Shown here: piece by piece, positions 41,394 through 51,602 of the stretch
Layout: each line of letters opens with the position of its first letter
How positions within the stretch are numbered: position 1 is the first letter of the stretch
Assembly (NCBI GenBank): GCA_965263035.1
Contig: OZ253580.1
Span: 2,240,001-2,304,000, forward strand
Source: Acidobacteriota bacterium
GTDB taxonomy: Bacteria; Acidobacteriota; UBA6911; RPQK01; JAJDTT01
Length of the DNA: 64,000 nucleotides
Direction: 5' to 3'
Translations under genes and position numbers: made by a program
The notes under the pieces: model-generated
Database searches by the model: none
The model's input: only the letters and a program-made list of their open reading frames with translations
What the model was told of the DNA's origin: nothing

Positions 41394-43673
41394 TTAGACG
41401 AGACTCCGATAGCGATCCAATGCGCGTCTTGCCATGCCTGCTGCCAAATGTTTTGAGACCATCCTGAAGGCGTTGTCCAGTCCCCAAGCGTATCCGAGAT
41501 CGACGATCGCCTTTCCACAAGATTCAATGACCCTACGTTCGGGAATCTTAACTCTGTTTGCTAGCTCAACGAGTTCATGGATTCGCTTTCCGTCCGGAAT
41601 CACAACAGGTGCACAGCACTCGATCGCCCTCCCCATCATGAGGGTCGCCAGGCGCGCCGATTCGGCTGGAAGCTGCTCCCAGTGATTCCAAATAATTGGG
41701 GCACACTTCATCTGCTTGGCGTGGTCGAGCACCCGAAAGCACGCGACCGCATCCAGAATCCGCTCGCTCGGCAACACTCCCACGTAGACCGGACCGTGCA
41801 CAGTCTCAACACGGAAACCAAAATCGGTTGTGTTCCGGCCCGAGCAGCCGAGGACGACCGGCTGTCCGCCACTCAATGCGACAGGAATGGGCTTCAGTAC
41901 CTTCCCCTGCCTTGGGCGCTTGGGTTTTTTGGAGGACGGGATCTTGGACCAGTCGAGCGGCTCGCCGACCTTGGCCATATCGAGGTCTATCACGTAGATG
42001 CTTCCGGCCTTGCAACATTCGGACAGAGGCAGTGAGGTCGCAGAACCCGCTAGCCTAGCCGAAAGCTCAGTGCCGTCGGGAGAGAACGCGAAGGGGTGGG
42101 TCTTACGGCGCTTCACATCGCAATGGAGCGTGCAGAGACTGAAGAAGCGGTTCTCCACCGCTCGCAGCCGGAGAATCGACGACCACTTGATATCAGACAC
42201 GTTGTCGAAGCTCGGATTGACCCACAGGCGTGCGCCGCGTCTCGCGAGAGCCCTGGGAAAGAGCCCGAGATAGTGATCATGACAAATCGTTGCACCGGCC
42301 GTTGTGCCGCCCAGTTCAAAGGTCGGGAGCACAGAGTTCGGCTCCCAGTCCGGCCGCTCGAAAGCCACGGCATCGGCGGTGGAGTGTTTCGTATACACGC
42401 GGGAGCGGGAGCCGTCGGGATCGAAACGGAGAAGAACCTGCCAGGCGCGGTCAGTGGAGTCGACGGTTCTGTCGACAGCACCCACGAGAAGCGGTGCGCC
42501 CAGTTCTGCGGCCAGCTTGGTCAGTGATTCGGAGCGTTCCTGGTCGGACGCCGAGATGTAGCCTTCGGGAAATAGCGCGAAGTCGAGGTCCTCGCCGGAG
42601 AATGAATCGACTGCCGGTACGTCCGGCTGTTGGGCACCGGCACCGGTCGGCGGAACGCCGTTCGAGGCTCTTTGGGCGACTTGAGGAAACACCATCGCCA
42701 CGCTCAGGGTCGATTCCGGTCGTGTGGCAGGGGAGCGGATTCCCACCGGTGTCCGACGGAACCGAGAGCCCCCCTGATGGATCAGGTCCGAGAAGCGCTC
42801 CCGGTCTTCCCTGCTGTCCGGATCGAGCGAGCACCAGACCCGGTCGCGGGCGTAGAGCCGCACTGTTGGCCGCAAGTCCATGATCGACGGGACGAGATCC
42901 CGCAGTGTGTCGTACCAGGCCCGTTGTTCGTCGCGGAAGGGAGGATCGTTGTCCCTCGCATCGTGCTGTTCGCAGAGGTCCAGCCAGCGCCTCGCGGAGA
43001 ACCCCAAAGGGTGCGCGTCCGCGTAGACGGAAAGGGCGAGCCTCCGCGGGCTCGTGAAGTGCTGGCTCTCATCGAACTCGATGAGAAATCCAGGGTCGGG
43101 GACCCAGTAGTCGCAGCCTGCCAGCACGTCGCTTCGCACGAACGTGCCGATGCCGTATCCGCGATAGCTCTCAAGGACCCCGGCCACCTCCCGAAGCACC
43201 AAGTCGATCGAGGTTCCCTCGTAAGCTGCGAGCCCAGTCTTCCATCCGAATCTGTGGTCGGACACACACGCTCCGTAGATACACTCGAGAAGTTGCCCGA
43301 CCCGGATCTTGCAGGCGCGACACCGCTCGGAGTGGCGCCTAGAGGGAATCGTACCCGGCCCCCTCACCGATGGAGGGGATACAAGCGTGACGCAGACGTT
43401 GCGGATGCTACCGCCGCAGTCGCACTTGGTCACGGCGAAGCCGCGGCTCCGGAGAAACTCATTGGACTCCAGGCCTCCAGAGAATCGACCCGCGCTCAGC
43501 AACTCGCCCGTGGCGACCTGATGGGCCAGCGAAATCGTGTATTTCGGGGGCAAATGCTCGCCCTTCGTCGTCAAGCAGTAGCTTCGGCCCCTTCTTTGCC
43601 GTGGTACCCCGTCACGGATGATGAGCCGTATAGCTTCCTCGATGTGTGCCCTCGTGATGCGCCTTGGGATCAT
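41394..43673 (-). CDS. Multidomain protein: McrA/McrB-type N-terminal head + PD-(D/E)xK-like nuclease + carbon-nitrogen hydrolase (nitrilase) domain
   Basis: ITRAHIEEAI...YCL...LPPKY...FSGG...FLRSRGF; DYWVPDPGFLIEFDESQHF...QRAWYDTLRD; LFPEGY, YTKHS, ICHD, RAVENR. Confidence 0.8.
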   Translation of the reverse strand: MIPRRITRAHIEEAIRLIIRDGVPRQRRGRSYCLTTKGEHLPPKYTISLAHQVATGELLSAGRFSGGLESNEFLRSRGFAVTKCDCGGSIRNVCVTLVSPPSVRGPGTIPSRRHSERCRACKIRVGQLLECIYGACVSDHRFGWKTGLAAYEGTSIDLVLREVAGVLESYRGYGIGTFVRSDVLAGCDYWVPDPGFLIEFDESQHFTSPRRLALSVYADAHPLGFSARRWLDLCEQHDARDNDPPFRDEQRAWYDTLRDLVPSIMDLRPTVRLYARDRVWCSLDPDSREDRERFSDLIHQGGSRFRRTPVGIRSPATRPESTLSVAMVFPQVAQRASNGVPPTGAGAQQPDVPAVDSFSGEDLDFALFPEGYISASDQERSESLTKLAAELGAPLLVGAVDRTVDSTDRAWQVLLRFDPDGSRSRVYTKHSTADAVAFERPDWEPNSVLPTFELGGTTAGATICHDHYLGLFPRALARRGARLWVNPSFDNVSDIKWSSILRLRAVENRFFSLCTLHCDVKRRKTHPFAFSPDGTELSARLAGSATSLPLSECCKAGSIYVIDLDMAKVGEPLDWSKIPSSKKPKRPRQGKVLKPIPVALSGGQPVVLGCSGRNTTDFGFRVETVHGPVYVGVLPSERILDAVACFRVLDHAKQMKCAPIIWNHWEQLPAESARLATLMMGRAIECCAPVVIPDGKRIHELVELANRVKIPERRVIESCGKAIVDLGYAWGLDNAFRMVSKHLAAGMARRALDRYRSLV

Positions 43674-43777
43674 TGCCTTCTTCAGTCACATTGGAGATTC
43701 AGATCAGTCGCTCGCATCAAGTACGAACCGGTTGAAAAATACTCTCGCGAGTAAGAAATGGTGACTGTCCCCATTTC

Positions 43778-43960
43778 GATCCCCTTCTCGCGGGCGATCA
43801 GAATCCAGCGTCGAGCATCGTCCGGCCGGATTTGCTCTCCGTCGATCAGCTCGGGATGCTCCGCGATCAGCTCCTGGAGATGGTACTCGTCACCGAATGC
43901 CTCCTCTTGTACTCCCTCCAGTGCTCCCTTCTGACCTCTTATCCATATTCGCTCAGCCAC
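43778..43960 (-). pseudogene. N-terminal 61 codons of a NucS-like/PD-(D/E)xK hypothetical protein, cut at a family-2 hairpin
   Basis: RBS AAGGAG + GTG; MAERIW...EYHLQELIAEHPELIDGEQI...WILIAREKGI runs directly into the repeat. Confidence 0.65.
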
Positions 43961-44169
43961 AGCGTGCTCCTTGGTTTGGTACGCGACGACATGGTAGTCC
44001 GCCGTGGCCAACTCGGCCAGTTTGGGCAATCCAACTTGTCACCCCGACGTTAAACGCGTAAATCGGACTTTTCACCGTTTTCCCGGGGGAGGCCCACGCA
44101 GCCATGTACCGGACGCTGTAGATTGAGGACACGAGAACGTGACTGTCCCGTTTTCGGTCCCCTTTTCGC

Positions 44170-44236
44170 GCGCGCTTCGTCCTTTGAAGAAGAGGAAGGC
44201 TACATTGACCGCTTGAACTTGGAGGATTACCACTGA
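44170..44236 (+). pseudogene. 3' tail of a HigB toxin
   Basis: FEEEEGYIDRLNLEDYH* with the stop overlapping the higA ATG; the rest is replaced by hairpin 44133. Confidence 0.7.
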
Positions 44237-44571
44237 TGGCGACCAATGGCATCAAAGTGAACATGACCCCTTCCCATCCGGGCGACTTCATCCGTACGGA
44301 GGCCATTGAGGAATTGGGTCTGACCGTGACGAAGGCGGCGCAGACCCTGGAAGTTCGCCGGGCAACGCTTTCGGACCTGCTGAACGGCAAGGCCGCGCTC
44401 TCGCCGGAGATGGCGCTACGCATCGAAAAGGCCTTTGACGTGAGCATGGATATGCTGCTGCGGATGCAGGCCTGGTACGACGCCTCGCAGATGCGTGCGC
44501 GCGCAGGCGAGATCACCGTCCAGCGCTACGTGAGATTAGAGAAGGTGACTGTCCCCCTTCTCCTGCAGTGA
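44236..44571 (+). CDS. higA: HigA antitoxin (orphan); C-terminus reads through a family-2 hairpin
   Basis: PSHPGDFIR, LGLTVTKAA, LSDLLNGKAALSPEMALRIEKAF, MQAWYD. Confidence 0.88.
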   Translation: MATNGIKVNMTPSHPGDFIRTEAIEELGLTVTKAAQTLEVRRATLSDLLNGKAALSPEMALRIEKAFDVSMDMLLRMQAWYDASQMRARAGEITVQRYVRLEKVTVPLLLQ

Positions 44572-44690
44572 AGATCGTGAATCTGACGCCACGTCATTTG
44601 CTGGGTGAAACAGTCATGCATCGTTGGATCTTTCCCACGTTCATTATCTCGATCCGGTCACGGCAGCCAGGGGTGGCAGGTCGCGTTTGG

Positions 44691-44730
44691 GAATAAGCCG
44701 GAATAAGCCGGAATAAGCCGGAATAAGCCA
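44691..44730. repeat. Tandem repeat (GAATAAGCCG) x4
   Basis: Three exact 10-mers plus one with a final mismatch. Confidence 0.9.
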
Positions 44731-44740
44731 ACCCACAGTT

Positions 44741-46138
44741 TTACAAGCGTTTCCAGCGCGCTCCCCGACCATGGCCCGTAGGTGTGATCAAACCTCGAGC
44801 CTTTAGAGTGGCGAGGTCTTCACGCAGTCGCCGCTTGTTGATTTGCGGTCCCAACTCGGCGAGGATCTCGCGCAGTGCCATGGCGCGATCCGCCTGATCG
44901 ATTAGCGCAAGGATCTCCCGTTGCCGCTCGGTCAAAAGGGTCACCTTGACAGGATCCATTTCGGAGAGGGAAGCGGGTCGGAACCGGACCGTCACGCACC
45001 CTCCGGCATCCTCGATCTCGGGGAGTGGCAGACCGGCAGAGGTCGCCAGCTCCGCCATCTTGAGAGTCCCGCGTCCCCACTCCTCAATGATGCCTCGCCG
45101 ATAGAACGTACGGGCGATCAGTGGGTTCCACGGCAAGGATTCGTGCGGTGCGAACAGCTTTTCCGGGGTCAACCCGAAATGCAAGGTGCCGGACGACGTC
45201 ACCTCCAGACGGTCATCGTAGACCGCCACTCCCACGGAGCCGCCACCGATGGAGTAATCACGATGACACAAGGCATTCGCCAGCGACTCTCGAGTCGCCA
45301 GGGGAGGATAGAGGGGTTCGTCAATCCGTTCGAAGCGACCCGATTCGAACCGTCCGGAGATGGGCAGGGTCTCACGAAGAAAACGTTCCGCATTCGCGAG
45401 AAGCGTGAAGGCGTTGCCGTGGAACTGCCTGTTGTCCAGGAACTCCGTCCGGTCAAGCCCCCGAAAACGCGCGACACGGAGCAGACATTGCGGCATCTCA
45501 AACTCGATCCGTTGGGCTTTGCCGAAGAGCACCACCGCCGCGCGCCACAAGATCCCGTCTCGAAAAAGTCCCAGCCCCCGCAACATTTCAATGGGATCTT
45601 GCGTCCCCGGGTCCTCCAATCGGCCCCGCCTGACCGCCTCCGAAACCGTGCGGCGGATCTCTGCTACGTCCAGATCATCGATCGACCAACCGGTCGCTGG
45701 CTGGTTCTCCCATCGTCGCTCGCTGTGCATGCGCTCAAAGAGCATGCGGTTGTACTCATCGGCCGACAAGGCCAAGGTGGTGTTCCCAACCCGACGATAC
45801 GCTATGCCTCGGTAAACGTACGGCCTTGAAGACCCGCGGCTTACGCGCACCACGACCACCTCACGGTCCCCCTCTATGGGAACCCGCTCGATCTCTGGAA
45901 AGGACGGCGGATCGATCCTTTGGATCTCGCCGCTCACGCCCTCAATAGTCCGGTCGCTCACTTGCTGTCCAACCACGTCTCCATTGAGTGTGACACCGAA
46001 CAGCACATACCCACCGCGTTGGTTGAGCATGGCGCATACGGTTCGGGCTGCCTCACGACGCTCCCCCGTCGTGCTCTTGAACTCCAGAGTCTGTGACTCG
46101 TGGGTGGAGACCAGCGCCGCAAGTCGCTCAGACATCAT
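44741..46138 (-). CDS. AlbA_2/Schlafen-domain + HATPase_c_4 + wHTH protein (often annotated RecG-like)
   Basis: ESQTLEFKS, CAMLNQRGGYVLFGV, ATRESLANALCHRDY, IIEEWGRG, GHGRGARW. Confidence 0.88.
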   Translation of the reverse strand: MMSERLAALVSTHESQTLEFKSTTGERREAARTVCAMLNQRGGYVLFGVTLNGDVVGQQVSDRTIEGVSGEIQRIDPPSFPEIERVPIEGDREVVVVRVSRGSSRPYVYRGIAYRRVGNTTLALSADEYNRMLFERMHSERRWENQPATGWSIDDLDVAEIRRTVSEAVRRGRLEDPGTQDPIEMLRGLGLFRDGILWRAAVVLFGKAQRIEFEMPQCLLRVARFRGLDRTEFLDNRQFHGNAFTLLANAERFLRETLPISGRFESGRFERIDEPLYPPLATRESLANALCHRDYSIGGGSVGVAVYDDRLEVTSSGTLHFGLTPEKLFAPHESLPWNPLIARTFYRRGIIEEWGRGTLKMAELATSAGLPLPEIEDAGGCVTVRFRPASLSEMDPVKVTLLTERQREILALIDQADRAMALREILAELGPQINKRRLREDLATLKARGLITPTGHGRGARWKRL

Positions 46139-46579
46139 CGGGCCGCCTCGACCACTCGCATGGGGTTATGGCGTATATCCACAAAATAGCTCTCATCTAC
46201 AACAATGTGTTCAGTGCGTCGAAGACCTTTTTGGAAGCGATCGAGTTCCTGCTCATTCCCTGATACGCACGTGAGTTTCATATACCCAAGTCTGCACCGA
46301 CGATGTGTCAGCCGGGTAAATCCGTCTCGGGGCGCTCGAAGGCGCCAACTCCGAGCACAGGAAGCAGCGACAGCATTTCGGCCAGATAGCCGTCCATCAC
46401 AGCTCGATCCGGGTCCGCCAACCTGGGGCGTTGCGGTTTTCTGAATCACCAATGGCCGCGGATCGGTCATGTCCCCCGCCAAGGATGCGCGCCGGAAGAT
46501 CCTCCGCCATCCGGTCAACCGCGACGATTCCTACCAGGAGCACTGCAGCACTCAAGAGATCCCGACTCGGCTTCCCACC

Positions 46580-46768
46580 CTATGACAAATTATTTTCCTT
46601 GCGTCGGCTCGCCAAACGCCGCAGAACCGGGTCCGTATATCGGTGCGCATGAAGCCAGTGATCAAGCTCGTCACGGGTCTTCCCCACGATCTCCGCGCTG
46701 ACGCGATCCCGAATCTCCCGCATGGTCTTTACGCCATCGAATCCCCTCTTTTTCATTTTCTCAATCAT
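46580..46768 (-). CDS. Small putative antitoxin downstream of a PIN remnant
   Basis: KKRGFDGVKTMREIRDRVS pattern of PIN-associated small proteins. Confidence 0.55.
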   Translation of the reverse strand: MIEKMKKRGFDGVKTMREIRDRVSAEIVGKTRDELDHWLHAHRYTDPVLRRLASRRKENNLS

Positions 46769-46860
46769 CGCATATCTCCCTCGGCGTCCGGATCTCGACT
46801 CCTGCCACCGTGGCAACGGCGATATGCAGGCCGTCGGCCAACACTCGTGAGCTGAGCGTA
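46763..46860 (-). pseudogene. Internally deleted PIN toxin remnant
   Basis: LADGLHIAVATVAGV joined directly to EIRTPREI*. Confidence 0.55.
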
Positions 46861-46880
46861 AGCAAAGCGAGAATTGCGGT

Positions 46881-48118
46881 CTAGCGATTCCAACGACGCT
46901 TGAGGTAGAGGGGCACAAGCGCCAACAACACGGCAACGCTCAGATGAATCCATGGTTCGATTTTCCTACTGTTGCCGCTATTCCTCACAATCAGCATGCG
47001 AACTTGACGTCTTGCTTGGACGAGTTCCAGACCCAAGGTGCTCTTGATGGCATGAGCAATCGAAGAATGGTCTTCAGGATCGAACTGTAGCTTGATGCGA
47101 TAAGAACCATAGAGTCTTGTCTCATCGAGTACGGGCCGATCCAGCCTTGATGCGACCACGTGCGCAAGACTCTCGACGCTGGAGGCCTCGAGTTCTCCTC
47201 TGGACGCACGGGAGTAACTCCCCTGGACCGCCGGTAGAGGCTCGAGCTTCGTCTCAGGCGATTTCCGCAATACGTAAGCGTCCACCATCCGGTTTTCCCA
47301 GACCGCTTCGATTCCCAGCGCGGCCGAGACCGCCTGTTGCATCATGGGTTCCAAGAGATCCTTTCTGCCGGCCGTGTTGATCACGACATCGTATTTCTGA
47401 TTGGGCAACTCGGCCTCGATCAGGAATCGGCCCGGTCGAGCATTGAAGGCAACGGGAAGGATGTGTTCCGGAAGAAAGGAAATGATCTTGATCTCGCTGT
47501 GGCTGCGGCTCATTCCGCTACGATCACTCGTGGACGGGCGGATGAGTACTTGAAAAACCGGTTCCGGCCCATCATCTCCCACCGCTAAGAGGGTGCCCGT
47601 GGACTTCTCCGGGACATCGGGCCGCCGACCAGCCAAAAAAGATCGAGCAGAACCGTCTTGGTCACGTGATGGGGTTGTGTGACCGCTTGGATGACACCCT
47701 CCTTGTCGACCAGCACGGTGGCCGGAATACCCATCACGGCATAGTCCCGGAATACGGATCGATCAAGATCGAGACCAACCCAACCGGAGATGGGTTGAGA
47801 ATCCAAGAAGGGTTCAATGATGCTCTCTTCCTCATCCGTTATGGAGAGGAACCGAACCGGCTGATCCGAGAATTCCTCCGCGAGTTCGTTGAAGTGGGGA
47901 ATGGCTCCGATACACGGCCCGCACCAAGTGGCCCAGAACTCCAGGACCAGCGCCTGACCCTTGAGGGCCTTCCAGCTCAAATCATTGTCGACCGGACCCT
48001 TCAGCATCGTATCGATGGCGAGTTCCGGAGCTCGGTCGCCGATCTTCGGTGGTGCACCGAGCACCAAGGCCGCAGTCATCATTATGTTGGCGAGCGTCCC
48101 GATCGAGATTCTTGGCAT
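46881..48118 (-). pseudogene. TlpA redoxin + TIGR03435-like domain protein, frameshifted in a T6 run near 47637
   Basis: ORF 47585-48118 has EFWATWCGPC; ORF 46881-47636 has LDRPVLDETRL...LGLEL; the frames switch at the homopolymer. Confidence 0.75.
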
Positions 48119-48224
48119 CGTACGGCCTCCGCTAGTTCGTCAAGTTCGGTCGTGTCAAGCAAAGCGAGAATGTGACTATCACCATTTTCTGCTCTGGCCT
48201 CTTCTCTTGCCCTCTCGCCTGGTT

Positions 48225-49907
48225 TCAGTCGGCTGCGTTGCGGGGCGACAACACCAGCACCTCGTAGGTCGTGGGTTCGGATACTCGCTCCATGGTCACT
48301 CCGAAGTTTTCGCGCAAAAATTTGAGGGCCACCTCCCAGCCATCGGAGAAATCGACGGAAATGTCCACCCTGCGGTGGAAGGGATTGGCCGCCGCCGCAC
48401 CCTCCCATTTCATCTCGACTTCGTCGAGAAGCTCGTTGTAACCCTTGACCAAGTCGTTGGCTGCCGCGTTTGGGAGCATGTTTTGTATTGCGGCGAAGAG
48501 CGGGGTCCCTGTGCCGTGAAAGTTGTTCCCATTGGTCTTAGATGACTCACTCCGCGCCACGCTGATCGGAAAATCGGTTCCGTCCTGGGAAAAGATCCAG
48601 CGGGTCCTCGTTCCCTGCCGTTCCTTCAAATCGGCGACAAAACCGAAGCGCTGGCCAAGTCGCTTCACCCGCTCCACGGGGTCCATATTGATTCGGTGGA
48701 CAATCCGAACCGAGTAACGCTGGTCAGAAAGCACCGCATCCGGAGTCTCCACCGGCCTGTCCCCCAGCTTCTGGGCGATCTCGGTCAACGGCGTACGGTG
48801 AAATTCGTAGCTCGCGACCCCGCCGCTCACACGGGCCGACATACCTTGGCGCCCCTTGGTCGGATCGTTCGAGGGAGGGTGGACCACAATTTCCATCCCC
48901 TCCAGCGGCATGAAAAACACCCTGTTGTGCAAAGGCCCAAATGGAGCCAACGCTTTGCCCAACGGGTCTGCTTTCAAGACACTCATGGGAGCCGCTCGGA
49001 CGGCATCATCGGCGACCTCGAAGAGCTCGTCAGCAAGCGGTACATCATAGTCCCGATATTTCAATTCGTTGACCAGGTCCCATTCTTGCTGCCCCCTGTC
49101 CAAATAAACGCGGGAGTGTTTGGGCAATCGCGTCTGCACGTCGACTTCGATTTCAAATCGGATGTCCGAAGGTGTCTTCCTGCCCAACGAGGAGCGTTGC
49201 CAGATCGAAAAAAGCACTGTCTGTCCCCGGTCCTTCCGATCGATCTGATACGACAACGCCTTGAGTTGTTCGCGTCCGGGCAGGACCAAATTCTTGCTTA
49301 CCTTGTCCACGGACCATGCCCCGGGCCAAGGTAGTTTCTTCCGGTACCAGGCGCCCTCGATGTTCATGGACACGGACTTGTCATCGGACAGAACTACCTG
49401 CCGTGACAGGCCAGTATCTATCTCGGCGCGGAAAAAGTGCGGGGCCTGAAACCAGTGCTTCACCGGCACGCGCTCGCCCCTCTCCCCGCGGAACCAGCCC
49501 ACCGTGTGCACCGAAGAGAGTTTGCGCACTTCCTCGACCACCTGCGCCCACGCCAGCGTGGATGTTCCGCGCCAGAGTACGCCGAGAAACAGGCCGGCCA
49601 GTGCGATAGCAAGCGCCGACATCCAGGCCGGTCGCGGCAACGCCAGCCAAAATCCCGACTTTCGCGGTTGCTCGTGCTCCGAGCGAATTGCCCTCAGGGT
49701 GCTGGCACGGGCCGCTGCCAGGAGCTGGGCGGGTGGCTCCGACGCGCTGATGTCGGCACTCAGTTCCAGGATCGTGCGTGCTGCCTCGACGTCGCCGGCC
49801 GTTTCGGGGTGAGCAGCCAGATAGTCATCGAATTCCCGCGCGACCGCATTCGGCAACTCGCCTCGCACGTAGTCGCTCAGTCTTCTCTCGAATTCGGTTC
49901 TGTCCAT
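48225..49907 (-). CDS. Membrane-anchored anti-sigma factor with large periplasmic region
   Basis: N-terminal LSDYVRGEL...FDDYLAAHP (zf-HC2-like, lacking Cys), TM helix, LAWAQVVE LolA-like start; downstream of an ECF sigma gene. Confidence 0.75.
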   Translation of the reverse strand: MDRTEFERRLSDYVRGELPNAVAREFDDYLAAHPETAGDVEAARTILELSADISASEPPAQLLAAARASTLRAIRSEHEQPRKSGFWLALPRPAWMSALAIALAGLFLGVLWRGTSTLAWAQVVEEVRKLSSVHTVGWFRGERGERVPVKHWFQAPHFFRAEIDTGLSRQVVLSDDKSVSMNIEGAWYRKKLPWPGAWSVDKVSKNLVLPGREQLKALSYQIDRKDRGQTVLFSIWQRSSLGRKTPSDIRFEIEVDVQTRLPKHSRVYLDRGQQEWDLVNELKYRDYDVPLADELFEVADDAVRAAPMSVLKADPLGKALAPFGPLHNRVFFMPLEGMEIVVHPPSNDPTKGRQGMSARVSGGVASYEFHRTPLTEIAQKLGDRPVETPDAVLSDQRYSVRIVHRINMDPVERVKRLGQRFGFVADLKERQGTRTRWIFSQDGTDFPISVARSESSKTNGNNFHGTGTPLFAAIQNMLPNAAANDLVKGYNELLDEVEMKWEGAAAANPFHRRVDISVDFSDGWEVALKFLRENFGVTMERVSEPTTYEVLVLSPRNAAD

Positions 49908-49920
49908 TGCTCCAATCCTT

Positions 49921-50421
49921 TCAGTCCGTGCCCATCCGAGACCGGATTTTCTTCAGTGCCTTGTATTCGCTAGACCTTGCCGAACCCGCGCTGCACCCCA
50001 GTTGCGCGGCAATCTCGGCGAAGGTCCAACCCTCAAAGTTGCGCAGCGCAAAGACGGTGCGCTGGCGCTCGGGCAAATCGGCCGCCAAGTCGCGTACCCG
50101 GTCCATGAGCAAGCGACGCTCTGCGTCTTTTTCGGTGTTGGCTTCCACCGCAGTGTCCTCTTCTATGCGAAGCGTCGGCCGCTGCTGGCGCCGCGCGTTA
50201 AACGCGACGTTGGTAGCCACTCGACAAAGCCATGCCTTGGGATAGGCGATCACCTCCCCGCGCGTGCAAGCGGCGTGGAAGCGGAGGAAGGTCTCCTGGA
50301 AGATCTCCTGCGCCTGATCGGCGTTCGGGACAATCCTGTAGGCGACCTTGAGGACCAGCTGTCCATAATCCCCTATGGCCTTGGCGCTGATTTCGGCCGG
50401 TTTCTTCGAGAATGCCTTCAT
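49921..50421 (-). CDS. ECF sigma-70 factor
   Basis: AQEIFQETFLR, AWLCRVATN, LPERQRTVFALR, FAEIAAQLG. Confidence 0.9.
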   Translation of the reverse strand: MKAFSKKPAEISAKAIGDYGQLVLKVAYRIVPNADQAQEIFQETFLRFHAACTRGEVIAYPKAWLCRVATNVAFNARRQQRPTLRIEEDTAVEANTEKDAERRLLMDRVRDLAADLPERQRTVFALRNFEGWTFAEIAAQLGCSAGSARSSEYKALKKIRSRMGTD

Positions 50422-50739
50422 ATCGTTTGGCCGCCGGCATTACGTCGATCTGGACCGCGCTCGCCAGCCCCTTTGTCCTATATGACCCGCGAACCGCAAT
50501 TTTGTGAACCCACAAAATCCGTCTGGACCGCAAAGCATGGTTCGTCGGAGTGAGTGATGAACGTGACTGTCCCCTTTTCCCGGTCCCCCTTTTCCCGCTT
50601 GACATGGTTCCCCCGGCGGCGAGAGATTCGGCAGGTTTTCGGTCGGCGCCCGGATGGACCTCCTTGGAGCGCCCGGTGTGGAGGCGCGTGAAAAGTAGTA
50701 GGGATTACAGACTGGGCACTGATAGGTTACACTTTACAA

Positions 50740-51018
50740 GTGATTGTCCGCTTCCGGCACAAGGGTCTCCAGCTTCTCTTCGAGAAAGGGGATCGACAGC
50801 GGGTGGCGGCAGCGTACGTTGCCAAGGTGGAACGTATCTTGGCACGTCTCGACGAGGCGACGGTTCCCATTGACATGGATCTGCCGGGCTTCCGGCTGCA
50901 TCCTTTGAAAGGCGAATTTGCCGATTATTGGACGGTTACCGTGTCCGGCAACTGGTGCATCATCTTTCGCTTCGCGCGCGCGGATGCCCCTGACGTGGAC
51001 TTGGTCGATTACCACTGA
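50740..51018 (+). CDS. higB: HigB toxin
   Basis: [31 protein letters not shown]. Confidence 0.88.
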   Translation: MIVRFRHKGLQLLFEKGDRQRVAAAYVAKVERILARLDEATVPIDMDLPGFRLHPLKGEFADYWTVTVSGNWCIIFRFARADAPDVDLVDYH

Positions 51019-51032
51019 AGGAGAACCATGAC

Positions 51033-51323
51033 ATGCCGATGAAAAACCCACCCCACCCCGGTTTTTCCGTGCGTCACGATTGCCTGGAACCTTTAGGACT
51101 GAGCGTGACGGAAGCTGCAAGGAAGCTCGGGGTCAGCCGCAAGCAGTTGTCCGATGTGGTCAATGGCCATTCGGGGATCTCACCGGAGATGGCGATCCGC
51201 CTTGACAAAGCCTTCGGTGGAGGCGCGAACACGTGGTACCGATTGCAGGCGGCCTACGATCTGGCGCAGGCGATGAAAAAAGCCGATCAGATCAACGTAG
51301 AGCGGCTGTCGACGGTCGCTTAG
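51033..51323 (+). CDS. higA: HigA antitoxin
   Basis: [40 protein letters not shown]. Confidence 0.92.
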   Translation: MPMKNPPHPGFSVRHDCLEPLGLSVTEAARKLGVSRKQLSDVVNGHSGISPEMAIRLDKAFGGGANTWYRLQAAYDLAQAMKKADQINVERLSTVA

Positions 51324-51409
51324 CCCGCATTCCTCACCGGGGGACGCGAAAATCGCACAGGACTTGTGCCCTCAGGAACGAATAGAGAAGGTAACTACCC
51401 CCTTTTCCC

Positions 51410-51602
51410 GCTCCCTTCCCAAACCGATCTTCCCGAACCCTGGCCGCGCATCCAGCCAGCACCACTCCTGGGATCTATGCGCCCGAACAGCACGGCCTGT
51501 ACGACGGCACATCATCATCTCGGGAAGCTGCATCAATCACCCCGGCACGCTGAACGATGTTAGTTCGTGGGACTACATGAGAAACGACGGATCGAATCTG
51601 CG
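51410..51602 (+). pseudogene. Degenerate copy of the 5' part of the lipoprotein gene at 33368
   Basis: Aligns by eye with about 33445-33636 (GATCTATGCGCCCGAACAGCACGGCCTGTACGACGG, GGCACGCTGAACGA, GACGGATCGAA); bounded by hairpins 51385 and 51610. Confidence 0.8.
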
